A stretch of 64,000 nt of DNA from assembly GCF_949296715.1 (NCBI RefSeq), contig NZ_CASFQD010000059.1, positions 1,734 to 65,733 on the forward strand. Direction: 5' to 3'. Under the pieces are notes generated by a model. That model was not told the origin of the DNA. It saw only the letters and a list, made by a program, of their open reading frames with translations, and searched no databases. The position numbers were made by a program, and so were the translations under genes. This document shows positions 1-9,889 of this stretch, one piece after another. The stretch comes from an uncultured Alistipes sp. GTDB lineage: Bacteria > Bacteroidota > Bacteroidia > Bacteroidales > Rikenellaceae. Each line of letters begins with the position of its first letter. The stretch's first letter is position 1.

Positions 1-2679
1 GCGATGCAGAAGATCGAACCCGAGAACCTCTGCGGCTGGAGCGGCGCGAAGCTCGCCCGCCTGCTGGTGGACAACTCGTTCGGCCTGTTCGGCATCCTCA
101 TCCCCGTGATCGTCATCCTGGCCGGCGTGCGGATCATCCGCCGGCAGCCGCTGCGTTTCAACCGCTCGTTCCTGCCGCTGCTGATGGTGACGCTGCTCGG
201 GTCGCTGACCCTCGGTTTCTGCTTCGCCGACCGCTGGAGCCTCTGCTGCTCGACGGGGTGGGGCGGGACGTTCGGCATCGAGACCGCGGCGCTGCTGCGC
301 ATGTACATCGGCACGTTCGGCACGCTGATCCTGCTGCTGGGCTGCTGGATTCTTACCGGCGTCTTCATCAACCGCAACTTCATCAATACGGTCAACTCGG
401 CGGGCAACGCCGTCGTCGACCGCAGCGAAAAGATCGTCGAGATCGTCCGCCACAAGGTCGCTCCGGGCCATGCGCCCGACAGCCCCGCCGCCGACCTCGC
501 CGATACGCCCGCGCCGGTACGGACAGCCGCAGCGGACGAGCCTGCTGCCCCCGTGCGCCGCGAGGCGGAGGGGCCGCTGCGTCCCGACACCCCGCCTGCC
601 GAACCCTCGCATCCGGCCCCTGCGCCGCAGTCCGAACACGTGTCGGACCGCCCGGCGGGAAATGTGCGGCGGGGCGAGTCCCGCCTGGCGGAGCCCGATC
701 CCTTCGTGGAACTCACGCCCGACGGACAGCCCGTTGCTCCGGAGCCTGCCGGACCCGAGCCGGTGCCCGCGCCTGCCGTCGATCCGGGACCCTTTACCGA
801 GGTGGACCTCCGGCCTGCGGAAGGTCGCATCGTTATGGGACGCGGGGGGCTGGTCGAGCTCGAACGCCCGGCGCCCCGTCCCGCCGCGGCTCCTGCTCCT
901 ACCGGTGATGCGGCCCAGGCGGAGACGGACGACACGGCGGCCCGAACAGCCGAAGAGCGACGCCCGGCAGGCCGGACAGCCGACCCGGATGATCCCTTTA
1001 CGGAGTTCATTGTCGGCGACAAGGAGCCTGCTGAATCGGCTTCTGCCGCGCCCGCGCCGGTTGAGGCGCAGCCCGCTGCCGCGGAGCCGGAAGGGGTGGT
1101 CGTCACGGTCGAGGCCAACGAAGCCCGCCTGGTCGACGAGCGCAAAATCCCGACCGAGAGCTACGACCCGCTCAAGGACCTGGAGAACTACCGCAAGCCG
1201 CCCGTGACGCTGCTCGAAGACTACATTTCGGATTCGGAGGTCACCGACGAGGAGATTTTCGACAACAAGACCCGCATCGAGGAGACGCTCAAGAATTTCG
1301 GCATTCCGATCGTGCGCATCAAGGCGACCGTGGGCCCGACGGTCACGCTCTACGAGATCGTGCAGGCGCAGGGGGTCAAGATTTCGAAGATCCAGGGCCT
1401 GCAGAACGACATCGCCCAGAGCCTCAAGGCCGAGTCGGGCATCCGCATCATCGCGCCGATCCCCGGGCGCGGCACCATCGGCATCGAGGTGCCGAACCGC
1501 AACAAGCAGGTCGTGTCGATGTATTCGGCCGTGCGGTCGCTGCGCTTCCAGGAGTCGAAGGCCGAGCTGCCCGTGGTCATGGGCCGCACGATCCAGAACG
1601 AGAACTACGTCTTCGACCTGGCGAAGATGCCCCACCTGCTGGTGGCCGGCGCCACGGGACAGGGCAAGTCGGTGGGTCTGAACGCCATCATCACGTCGCT
1701 GCTCTACCGCAAGCATCCGGCGCAGCTCAAGTTCGTGATGATTGACCCCAAGATGGTCGAATTCTCGCTTTACGCCCGCATCGAGCGCCACTTCCTGGCC
1801 AAGATGGAGTCCGAGGACGAGGCAATCATCACCGACCCGAAGAAGGCGGTCTATACGCTCAACTCGCTCTGCATCGAGATGGATAACCGCCTGGAGATGT
1901 GCAAGAACGCCGGGGCGAAGAACATCAAGGAGTACAACGACAAGTTCGTCTCCCGGCGGCTCAACCCGCTCAAGGGACACCGCTACCTGCCCTATATCGT
2001 GGTGGTGATCGACGAGTTCGCCGACCTGATCATGATGGCCAAGGAGGTCGAACTGCCCGTGATCCGGCTGGCGCAGAAGGCGCGCGCCGTGGGCATCCAC
2101 CTCATCATCGCCACGCAGCGTCCGTCGGTCGACGTCATCACGGGCAAGATCAAGGCCAACTTCCCGTCGCGCATCGCCTTCCGCGTCGTGCAGCGCATCG
2201 ACTCGCAGACGATCATCGACCAGCCCGGAGCCAACCAGCTTATCGGCCGCGGCGACATGCTCATCTCGAAGGACGGCGAGCTGACGCGCGTGCAGTGTGC
2301 CCTCGTAGAGACGGCCGAGGTCGAGCGCATCGTGGAGTATATCTCCAAACAGCAGGGCTACACGTCGGCCTACGCCCTGCCCGACTACACGCCCGAGGGC
2401 GGCGAAGGTGCCGGATTGGGCAGCGAGGAGGCGTCGGCGCCGATGAAGTACGACTCGCTCTTCGCCGAGATCGCCCGCGAGGCGGTGTCGAGCGGCAGCA
2501 TCTCGACGTCGATGATCCAGCGCAACTACGAAGTGGGCTTCAACCGCGCGGGCCGCATCATGATGCAGCTCGAACGCGCCGGCATCGTCGGCCGCCAGCA
2601 GGGGGCCAAGCCGCGCGACATCCTGTTCCACGACCTGCCGTCGCTCGAGGCGAAGCTGCAGGACCTGGGCGTCTTCTGA
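1..2679 (+). CDS. ftsK: DNA translocase FtsK (5' end probably outside window)
   Basis: ORF 4..2679. TM helices, a long Pro/Ala-rich linker, P-loop GATGQGKS, Walker B VVVIDEFADL and a C-terminal winged-helix gamma domain. The first TM helix expected in FtsK is missing and the frame is open to nt 1. Confidence 0.93.
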   Translation, partial: AMQKIEPENLCGWSGAKLARLLVDNSFGLFGILIPVIVILAGVRIIRRQPLRFNRSFLPLLMVTLLGSLTLGFCFADRWSLCCSTGWGGTFGIETAALLRMYIGTFGTLILLLGCWILTGVFINRNFINTVNSAGNAVVDRSEKIVEIVRHKVAPGHAPDSPAADLADTPAPVRTAAADEPAAPVRREAEGPLRPDTPPAEPSHPAPAPQSEHVSDRPAGNVRRGESRLAEPDPFVELTPDGQPVAPEPAGPEPVPAPAVDPGPFTEVDLRPAEGRIVMGRGGLVELERPAPRPAAAPAPTGDAAQAETDDTAARTAEERRPAGRTADPDDPFTEFIVGDKEPAESASAAPAPVEAQPAAAEPEGVVVTVEANEARLVDERKIPTESYDPLKDLENYRKPPVTLLEDYISDSEVTDEEIFDNKTRIEETLKNFGIPIVRIKATVGPTVTLYEIVQAQGVKISKIQGLQNDIAQSLKAESGIRIIAPIPGRGTIGIEVPNRNKQVVSMYSAVRSLRFQESKAELPVVMGRTIQNENYVFDLAKMPHLLVAGATGQGKSVGLNAIITSLLYRKHPAQLKFVMIDPKMVEFSLYARIERHFLAKMESEDEAIITDPKKAVYTLNSLCIEMDNRLEMCKNAGAKNIKEYNDKFVSRRLNPLKGHRYLPYIVVVIDEFADLIMMAKEVELPVIRLAQKARAVGIHLIIATQRPSVDVITGKIKANFPSRIAFRVVQRIDSQTIIDQPGANQLIGRGDMLISKDGELTRVQCALVETAEVERIVEYISKQQGYTSAYALPDYTPEGGEGAGLGSEEASAPMKYDSLFAEIAREAVSSGSISTSMIQRNYEVGFNRAGRIMMQLERAGIVGRQQGAKPRDILFHDLPSLEAKLQDLGVF

Positions 2680-2693
2680 TAAAACAATGCCGT

Positions 2694-3365
2694 ATGAAAC
2701 CGCAGATTCTCCTCCTGTCGCTCCTGCTGCTGACCGTCCGGCCTGCCGTGCGGGCGGAGGTGCAGGCTCCCGAATCCCGGGCCGATGCCGCCACGGGTGC
2801 CACGCTGGCGACCCAGACCCCGGGCCGGGCCGAAAAACTGCTCGAAGAGCTCGCCGCCGGATTCAAGGCTCTGGGTTCCTATACCGTGACGTTCGAGATC
2901 GCGGCCGGGGGGACCGACGACATCGCGGGCAGCTATACGGTCCGCGACGGCGGCTACCTGCTCACGATAGGCGAGGCCGAGGTCTTCTTCGACGGCGGGG
3001 TCCGCTACGAGGTGGACCATGCGCGCCGCGAGGTGACGGTCAACTCCGTCGACACGACGAGTCGCAACATCCTCGACAACCCCATCGGGGCGTTCGACTT
3101 TCTCGACGGGCTCTACCGCCCGACACTGCTCGGCGAGCGCGACGGCCATGCGGCCGTCCTGCTGACCCCGACCGACGGGGACGCCGCCGCGGGGGCCGTT
3201 ACCGTGACCCTCTCGCTCAATCCCGTGCGGCCGCTGCGCGTCGCCTACGACTACGACGGCGAGCAGATCACGGTTTCGGTCCTTTCGATCGAACCCTTTG
3301 CGGGGACCCTGCGCCGCTTCGATCCGAAGGCCTGCGCAGGCTACGAGATGATTGACTTCCGCTGA
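2694..3365 (+). CDS. LolA-like outer-membrane lipoprotein carrier / lipoprotein-sorting fold protein
   Basis: ATG at 2694 is in frame with ORF 1899..3365. Signal peptide MKPQILLLSLLLLTVRPAVRA. About 220 aa. The position directly after ftsK is typical for lolA in Bacteroidota. Confidence 0.6.
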   Translation: MKPQILLLSLLLLTVRPAVRAEVQAPESRADAATGATLATQTPGRAEKLLEELAAGFKALGSYTVTFEIAAGGTDDIAGSYTVRDGGYLLTIGEAEVFFDGGVRYEVDHARREVTVNSVDTTSRNILDNPIGAFDFLDGLYRPTLLGERDGHAAVLLTPTDGDAAAGAVTVTLSLNPVRPLRVAYDYDGEQITVSVLSIEPFAGTLRRFDPKACAGYEMIDFR

Positions 3366-3470
3366 CGCCCGGGCCGGGATGCAGGCCGGAGGTTCGGCCG
3401 CGCTGCCGTCTCTTTTTATGTCGTATTCTCCGGACAGCCCGGCTGTCCCGATTCCGATTTTTTCCGATCC

Positions 3471-4199
3471 ATGCAAAAACTGCTGACTTTCATTTTCTGC
3501 CTTCTCTGCGGCGCCGCCCTGGCCGCGCAGCCGCTCGTCTGCACCGAACCCGGTACGGTGCTCGAATATGCCCAGTATGACGAATCGGGACGCCTGACGG
3601 GCTACTCGCGGCATACGGTCCTCTCCTGCGGGCCCGACAGCCTCGGCCGCACGCAGGTCGTGACGCGCTGCGAAGCGCTCGATACGCTGCGCAATGCCAT
3701 GACGATGGAGATCAACGACCGCCGTCAGGCTGTCGTGACGACCGACCGGACCGAGGTCCGCGCATCGGAGATGGTCACGCAGATGGGCGCCATGTTCGAG
3801 GAGCTGCTCGCCGCGGCGCTCTCTTCGGAGGAGCGCGGGCAGCTGGACTTTTCCACCGAAGGGGACGAATACACCGTGCCGTTCGCGCTGGAGACGAAGC
3901 GGAAACTTCCCGATCTGAAATTCGCCCTGCGCTTTGCGGCCGAGGGACGGTCGTTCCGGATGCGCATCGGGGTCTCCGACCGGCAGGTGCTCGGACGGCG
4001 GCGCATTGTGACCCCTGCCGGGGAGTTCGAAGCCGTGGGGCTCTCCGAGAAGATGAGTTTCGGCCTCTTCGTTATCCGGGTCTCGATGCGCCGGCAGACG
4101 TGGTATGTCCCGGGATTGGGCGCCGTGCGCGAGGAGGAGCAGACCAAGAGCGGCAAAACCGAAGGGTGGTCGGAGCTTGTCTCCGTCACCCGGCCGTAA
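3471..4199 (+). CDS. hypothetical secreted protein
   Basis: ORF with N-terminal signal peptide MQKLLTFIFCLLCGAALAAQP. Composition looks coding. I recognise no family. Confidence 0.6.
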   Translation: MQKLLTFIFCLLCGAALAAQPLVCTEPGTVLEYAQYDESGRLTGYSRHTVLSCGPDSLGRTQVVTRCEALDTLRNAMTMEINDRRQAVVTTDRTEVRASEMVTQMGAMFEELLAAALSSEERGQLDFSTEGDEYTVPFALETKRKLPDLKFALRFAAEGRSFRMRIGVSDRQVLGRRRIVTPAGEFEAVGLSEKMSFGLFVIRVSMRRQTWYVPGLGAVREEEQTKSGKTEGWSELVSVTRP

Positions 4200-4346
4200 C
4201 CCCCGGTTGTGCCTCCCCGGTCGTGATTCCCGGCAATAAATTCCGGTTGTAATTCCCGGCGCACACCGCGGCACCGATATGGGGACTGTCTCGTCCCGAT
4301 CCCGATTTATGTCCGCGTCCCCGCCGACACTTTTGCCCGGAGCCCC

Positions 4347-4394
4347 GCACTTTTCACTTTTACTTTTTACCTTTCACTTTTCACCTTTCACCTG
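4347..4394. repeat. AT-rich heptamer microsatellite (CACTTTT / CACCTTT, about 6.5 copies)
   Basis: Read directly: cacttttcacttttactttttacctttcacttttcacctttcacctg. One more copy lies at 4497-4506. Confidence 0.8.
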
Positions 4395-4538
4395 AATTTT
4401 CCCCGCCCCTCTGTCGGGAGAAAAAATTTTTGCTGTCAGATCGCCTGAAAAGGGGCAAAAATGGCCGTTCGGCCGACAAAACTTGCACGGGACGGATACT
4501 TTTCACCGCCCAAAGTTGTCAGGATCGGAAATAAATCG

Positions 4539-4546
4539 TATTTTTG
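4539..4546 (+). promoter_or_regulatory. Bacteroidota -7 promoter box TATTTTTG (gyrA)
   Basis: Matches TAnnTTTG, 33 nt upstream of the gyrA ATG at 4580. Confidence 0.6.
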
Positions 4547-4579
4547 TTCGTTAAAAGACGTGTAATTTCGGATTCAAGA

Positions 4580-7147
4580 ATGTTAACGGAAGAAGAAAAG
4601 AATGCCGGTTTGGTGGGGCGGATCATCCCCATCAATATCGAAGAGCAGATGAAGTCGGCGTACATCGACTACTCGATGTCGGTGATCGTCTCGCGCGCCT
4701 TGCCCGACGTGCGCGACGGCCTGAAACCCGTACACCGCCGTATTCTCTACGATATGAGCGCGGAGCTCAACCTCTACTCCGACAAACCCACCCGTAAGTC
4801 GGCACGTATCGTCGGCGACGTGCTCGGTAAGTTCCACCCCCACGGCGACTCGTCGGTCTACGACGCCATGGTGCGTCTGGCCCAGGAGTGGTCGATGCGC
4901 TACCCGCTCGTCGACGGCCAGGGCAACTTCGGTTCGATGGACGGCGACTCGCCGGCCGCGATGCGTTATACCGAGGCCCGCATGAAGAAGATCACCGACG
5001 AGGTGATGGCCGACATCGACAAGGAGACCGTCGACTGGACGCTCAACTTCGACGATACGATCCCCGAACCGACGGTCCTCCCGACGCGCATCCCGCTGCT
5101 GATCGTCAACGGCGCGAGCGGCATTGCCGTCGGCATGGCCACGAACATGGCGCCGCACAACCTCTCGGAGGTGGTCGACGCCTGCTGCGCCTATGTCGAC
5201 AACCCCGACATCACGGGCGAGGAGCTGCTGCACTACGTCAAGGGCCCCGACTTCCCGACGGGCGGCATCATCTACGGATACGAAGGCGTCAGGGAGGCGA
5301 TGCTCACGGGCCGCGGCCGCGTGATGATGCGCGCCAAGACCGAGATCGAACATACCCCCTCGGGCCGCGAGTGCATCGTCGTCACGGAGATTCCCTACAT
5401 GGTCAACAAGGCCGAGATGATCAAGAAGATCGCCGACATGATCAACGAGAAGAAGATCGAGGGCATCTCCTACATCAACGACGAGTCGGACCGCAACGGA
5501 CTGCGTATCATCATCATCCTCAAGCACGACGCCGTGGCGAGCGTGGTGCTCAACACGCTCTTCAAGAATACGCCGTTGCAGACGTCGTTCGCCGTGAACA
5601 ACATCGCGCTGGTCAACGGACGCCCGCAGCTGCTGACGATGCGCGACCTGATCCGCCACTTCATTGACCACCGCCACGACGTCGTCGTGCGCCGCACGCG
5701 CTTCGACAAGCGCAAGGCCGAGGAGCGGCTGCACATCGTGCTGGGTCTGCTCATCGCGCAGGACAACATCGACGAGATCGTGCACATCATCCGCTCGTCG
5801 CAGACGCCCGACCTGGCCAAGCAGGCGATGATCGAGCGCTTCGACCTGACGGACATCCAGGCGTCGGCCATCATCGAGATGCGCCTGCGCGCCCTGACCG
5901 GTCTGGAGCGCGGCAAGCTCATCGCCGAGCGCGACGAGCTGACGAAGCTGATCGCCCACCTGACGGAGGTGCTCGAGAACGTCTCGATGCAGATGCAGAT
6001 CGTCAAGGAGGAGCTGCTCGAGATCAAGGAGAAGTACGGCGACGAGCGCCGCTCGGAGATTGTCTACGCCTCCGAGGAGTTCAATCCCGAGGACTTCTAC
6101 GCCGACGACGACATGGTCATCACCATCTCGCACATGGGCTACATCAAGCGCACGCCGCTGGCCGAGTACCGCACGCAGAACCGCGGCGGCGTCGGCGCCA
6201 AGGGCAGCGCCACGCGCGACGAGGACTTCATCGAGCACATCTACGTCGCCTCGATGCACAATACGATGCTCTTCTTCACGGAGAAGGGCCGCTGCTACTG
6301 GCTCAAGGTCTACGACATCCCCGAAGGGGCGCGTTCGTCGAAGGGCCGTGCGATCCAGAACGTCATCCAGATCGAGCCGGACGACAAGGTCCGCGCCTAC
6401 ATCAACGTCAAGCGGCTCAACGACGAGGAGTACGTCAACAACAACTACATCATCATGTGCACGAAGGACGGCACGATCAAGAAGACCCGTCTGGAGGCCT
6501 ACTCGCGTCCGCGCCAGAACGGCGTGAACGCCATCGTCATCCGCGAGGGCGACCAGCTCATCGAGGCCAAACTCACGAGCGGCGGGGCCGAGGTGATGAT
6601 CGCGGCGCGCGAGGGCAAGGCGATCCGCTTCAACGAGAATACGGTGCGTCCGATCGGCCGTGTGGGCGCCGGCGTGCGCGGCATCTCGCTCGACGAGGGC
6701 GACGAGGTCGTGGGCATGATCTGCGTGGAGCCCGACTCGAAGCAGGACGTGCTTGTGTTGAGCGAGAACGGCTACGGCAAGCGCACCGATCTGGACGAGT
6801 ACCGCATCACGAACCGCGGCGGCAAGGGCGTCAAGACGATCAACATCACCGAGAAGACCGGCAAGCTCATCTCGATTCAGGCCGTCACGGACGACAACGA
6901 CCTGATGATCATCAACCGTTCGGGCCTGACGATCCGCACTTCGGTGTCGCAGATCCGTCTGGCGGGCCGTGCCACGCAGGGCGTGCGGATCATCAACCTG
7001 CGCGAGGGCGACGCCATCGCTTCGGTGATGGCCGTACCGTCGGCCGGTGACGAGGAGGTGCAGCCGGCGGATGCGGCGGAGACGCCGGAACAGGCCGTGG
7101 ACAGCGAAAACGGGGCTCCCGAAGCCGGACAGCCCGCGGAAGAATAA
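4580..7147 (+). CDS. gyrA: DNA gyrase subunit A
   Basis: ORF 4544..7147 opens with TTG; the ATG at 4580 gives MLTEEEKN. Canonical motifs [27 protein letters not shown] and AAMRYTE (catalytic Tyr), plus C-terminal beta-pinwheel repeats and an acidic tail. Confidence 0.97.
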   Translation: MLTEEEKNAGLVGRIIPINIEEQMKSAYIDYSMSVIVSRALPDVRDGLKPVHRRILYDMSAELNLYSDKPTRKSARIVGDVLGKFHPHGDSSVYDAMVRLAQEWSMRYPLVDGQGNFGSMDGDSPAAMRYTEARMKKITDEVMADIDKETVDWTLNFDDTIPEPTVLPTRIPLLIVNGASGIAVGMATNMAPHNLSEVVDACCAYVDNPDITGEELLHYVKGPDFPTGGIIYGYEGVREAMLTGRGRVMMRAKTEIEHTPSGRECIVVTEIPYMVNKAEMIKKIADMINEKKIEGISYINDESDRNGLRIIIILKHDAVASVVLNTLFKNTPLQTSFAVNNIALVNGRPQLLTMRDLIRHFIDHRHDVVVRRTRFDKRKAEERLHIVLGLLIAQDNIDEIVHIIRSSQTPDLAKQAMIERFDLTDIQASAIIEMRLRALTGLERGKLIAERDELTKLIAHLTEVLENVSMQMQIVKEELLEIKEKYGDERRSEIVYASEEFNPEDFYADDDMVITISHMGYIKRTPLAEYRTQNRGGVGAKGSATRDEDFIEHIYVASMHNTMLFFTEKGRCYWLKVYDIPEGARSSKGRAIQNVIQIEPDDKVRAYINVKRLNDEEYVNNNYIIMCTKDGTIKKTRLEAYSRPRQNGVNAIVIREGDQLIEAKLTSGGAEVMIAAREGKAIRFNENTVRPIGRVGAGVRGISLDEGDEVVGMICVEPDSKQDVLVLSENGYGKRTDLDEYRITNRGGKGVKTINITEKTGKLISIQAVTDDNDLMIINRSGLTIRTSVSQIRLAGRATQGVRIINLREGDAIASVMAVPSAGDEEVQPADAAETPEQAVDSENGAPEAGQPAEE

Positions 7148-7183
7148 AAGTGACAGTCAGTAAAACCTAAAATTATCAGTATC

Positions 7184-8530
7184 ATGAAAAAAATGTTTTT
7201 GACGGCTTTTGCGGCGCTGCTCGTGGCAGTTCCCGCCGTGCAGGCCCAGAAGGTGAACAGGGAAGCCCTGCTCTCCAAGATTGAGAAGAGTGACGCCGAC
7301 ATCGCCGATGCGAAGAAGAGCGCCAAGGCCTCGACGTGGATCAACCGCGGCAAGGCATTCTACGATGCGGCTGCCGAGCCTACGAAGAGCCTCTTCATCG
7401 GCATGGATGCGGCGATGCTGAAGCTCGCCGTGGGCGATCCGAAGTCGACGGAGCCCGCCAAGATCAACGACGTGAACTATGAAGCGTGGGCATATCCCTA
7501 CTTCACGGTCTACATCAAGGACGGCAAGGTCGCTACGTGGAAGCAGACCAAGTGGGTGGTGAAGGATGCCCCCGAGAAGGCTATCGAGGCCTACAACAAG
7601 GCTTACGAGCTCGACCCCAAGACCGCTTCGAAGGTGAAGGCCGGCCTGCAGCAGGTGAGCGACCTTTGCTCGCAGATCGGTAATGCTGGTCTCGATTCGG
7701 GTGACTATGTGGGTGCATCCGATGCCTATGCTACGGCCTACGCCGCACAGCAGAGCCCCGCTTTCGGCGGCGGCGATCCCGCGCTGCTCTACTATGCCGG
7801 CTATCTGCGCACGGTCGACGGCTCGACGAATCCCGAGTCGTTCGTGCTGGGCGGCAAGTACCTCAATGAGGCTTTGGAGAAGAACTATGCCGACGAGGAG
7901 GGCAACATCTACTACTACTTGTTCCACTGCTACTATGGCCAGAAGGAGGCCGATGCTGCCAATGTGCTGAAGGCCAAGGATGTCCTGCTGAAGGGCATGG
8001 AGAAGTTCCCGAAGAACTCGCGCATCCTGGAGGGTCTCATGCAGCTCTACACGACGGAAGAGGGCGTGGGTGATCCCGCCGACCTGGTGTCGATGATCGA
8101 CAAGGCGCTGGCCGAGCAGCCCGAGAACGTGGACCTCTGGTTCGGTCGCGGCCGTATCTTCTATGCACTGAAGAATCCCGACGAGAGCATCGCCTCGTTC
8201 CTCAAGGTTGTCGAGCTGCAGCCCGACCTGTTCGAGGGCAACTATTTCCTCGGTGTATTCTATACGATCAAGGCTGAGAACATGCTCATGGAGCTCAACT
8301 CGAAGCAATACAGCAGCCAGGCCGCCTATGAGGAGGACCTGAAGGTTGTGAATGCCGTTTACAAGGAGGCTATTCCCTGGCTGGAGAAGGCTCACGAGCT
8401 CAATCCGAAGGATGTCAATGCCCTCGAGCTGCTCAAGTCGCTCTGCTTCCGTCTGCGTGACGACGATCCCGAGCTGAACAACAAGTACGAGATCTACAAC
8501 GAGCTCTTCAAGCAGGCTCAGGCCCAGTAG
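7184..8530 (+). CDS. TPR repeat-containing secreted protein
   Basis: Signal peptide MKKMFLTAFAALLVAVPAVQA. Repeated TPR-like helices such as AIEAYNKAYELDPK and SFLKVVELQPD. Confidence 0.8.
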   Translation: MKKMFLTAFAALLVAVPAVQAQKVNREALLSKIEKSDADIADAKKSAKASTWINRGKAFYDAAAEPTKSLFIGMDAAMLKLAVGDPKSTEPAKINDVNYEAWAYPYFTVYIKDGKVATWKQTKWVVKDAPEKAIEAYNKAYELDPKTASKVKAGLQQVSDLCSQIGNAGLDSGDYVGASDAYATAYAAQQSPAFGGGDPALLYYAGYLRTVDGSTNPESFVLGGKYLNEALEKNYADEEGNIYYYLFHCYYGQKEADAANVLKAKDVLLKGMEKFPKNSRILEGLMQLYTTEEGVGDPADLVSMIDKALAEQPENVDLWFGRGRIFYALKNPDESIASFLKVVELQPDLFEGNYFLGVFYTIKAENMLMELNSKQYSSQAAYEEDLKVVNAVYKEAIPWLEKAHELNPKDVNALELLKSLCFRLRDDDPELNNKYEIYNELFKQAQAQ

Positions 8531-8582
8531 GCCCGGCCGGCGGCATGTGCGCACGGTCCGTCGGGACCCGGTGCGCGATGAG

Positions 8583-8614
8583 AAAACCCCGAAGCGGAGA
8601 GCTTCGGGGTTTTT
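8583..8614. terminator. bidirectional intrinsic terminator between convergent genes
   Basis: AAAA-CCCCGAAGC-ggaga-GCTTCGGGG-TTTTT. A 9-bp GC stem flanked by an A-run and a T-run. Confidence 0.85.
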
Positions 8615-8749
8615 CGTTGGGAGCGGCTGCAGCCCGGGCATGTTGCCGTGACGGCGGGGCGCTCCGATGGGGTGTATGCCTGCTGCCTGGGCGGCGGGTC
8701 TGTACGATGGGGCGTTGCCAACTGCCGACGGCGGATTCGCGGCTCCGGG

Positions 8750-9796
8750 TCAGCGGGCGATGCGGCCCGAGACGGAGCCTTCGGCCAGGGCCGTGACCTC
8801 CTCGGCCGTGAACCGGTTGTAGTCGCCCGGCACGGTGTTCTTCAACGCGCAGGCCGCGGCGCCGAAGTCGAGTGCCCGCTGCGGCTCGTCGGGGTGTACG
8901 GCCAGCCCGTAGATCAACCCCGCGACAAAGGCGTCGCCCACGCCGACGCAGTCGACCACGTCGTCGATGTCGTAGACGCGCGTGCGCAGCGACTGACCGC
9001 CGACGTGAAGCGTGCCCGAGATGGTGTGGTGGTTGGCCGACAGGACGTTGCGCAGGGCGAAGACGCAGGCGCGGCAGCGGGGGAAGCGGTGCATGACCTC
9101 GCGGGCCGCGGCTTCGTAGCCCGCCATGTCGGGGGTGTATGCGGCGTCGCGGGCCGTAAAGGCGGGCAGGCGGATGCCCAGCACCTTTTCGTATTCGTCG
9201 TCCGTGCCGAAGAGGATGTCGCACGCCTCCATCAGCGGAGGCAGCACCTCCTCGGCGCGTTTGCCGTAGCGCCAGAGGTTCTTGCGGTAGTTGATGTCGC
9301 ACGAGACGGTGAGGCCCATGCTGCGGGCTGCCGCCACGGCCTCGGCGCAGACGGCCGCCGTCTCGGCCGAAACGGCTGCGGCGATGCCCGACCAGTGGAA
9401 CCAGTCGGCATCGGCGAAGAGCGCCTGCCAGTCAATCATTCCCGGGCGGAGCGTGTCGAACGACGAGCCGGCCCGGTCGTAGACGACGTGCGACGTGCGC
9501 ATGGCCACGGCCTCCTCCATGTAGTAGAGCCCGAGCCGGTCGCCGCCCCGCAGGATGTGCTCCGTCCCGACGCCGCAGCTGCGCAGGTCGTCCAGGCAGG
9601 CTTCGGCGATACGGTTGTCCGGAAGGCAGGTCACCAGTTCGCTCCGCAGGCCGTAGTTGGCGAGCGATACGGCCACGTTGGCCTCGCTGCCGCCGAAGTT
9701 GACGCGCAGCACCTCGGTCTGGTTGAAACGCAGCTTGTCCGGGGGCATGAGCCGCAGCATGATTTCACCGAAAGTTACGATTTTCTCTCTTTTCAT
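8750..9796 (-). CDS. PfkB-family sugar kinase (2-dehydro-3-deoxygluconokinase-like paralog)
   Basis: ORF 8750..9832; the ATG at 9796 gives MKREKIVTFGEIMLRL. GGSEANVAVSLANYG and C-terminal GVGDAF motifs. Paralogous to the kdgK at 12655. Confidence 0.85.
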   Translation of the reverse strand: MKREKIVTFGEIMLRLMPPDKLRFNQTEVLRVNFGGSEANVAVSLANYGLRSELVTCLPDNRIAEACLDDLRSCGVGTEHILRGGDRLGLYYMEEAVAMRTSHVVYDRAGSSFDTLRPGMIDWQALFADADWFHWSGIAAAVSAETAAVCAEAVAAARSMGLTVSCDINYRKNLWRYGKRAEEVLPPLMEACDILFGTDDEYEKVLGIRLPAFTARDAAYTPDMAGYEAAAREVMHRFPRCRACVFALRNVLSANHHTISGTLHVGGQSLRTRVYDIDDVVDCVGVGDAFVAGLIYGLAVHPDEPQRALDFGAAACALKNTVPGDYNRFTAEEVTALAEGSVSGRIAR

Positions 9797-9836
9797 CTCT
9801 TCCGAATTTTTAAGTCTTCCCGTAATCTGCAATGAA

Positions 9837-9862
9837 GAAAGCCCGGCGCGAACCGGGCTTTC
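9837..9862 (-). terminator. hairpin terminator after the DUF4861-like gene
   Basis: GAAAGCCCGG-cgcgaa-CCGGGCTTTC. A perfect 10-bp stem with only a short T-rich tail on the minus strand. Confidence 0.6.
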
Positions 9863-9889
9863 GTGGGGTTGGTGCGTGGGATTCCGCGA

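Noticed and set aside
4200-4543. Possible small RNA or tRNA in the long gyrA upstream spacer
   Set aside because: I found no cloverleaf-compatible arms, no conserved RNA motifs that I recognise, and no promoter box other than the one assigned to gyrA.
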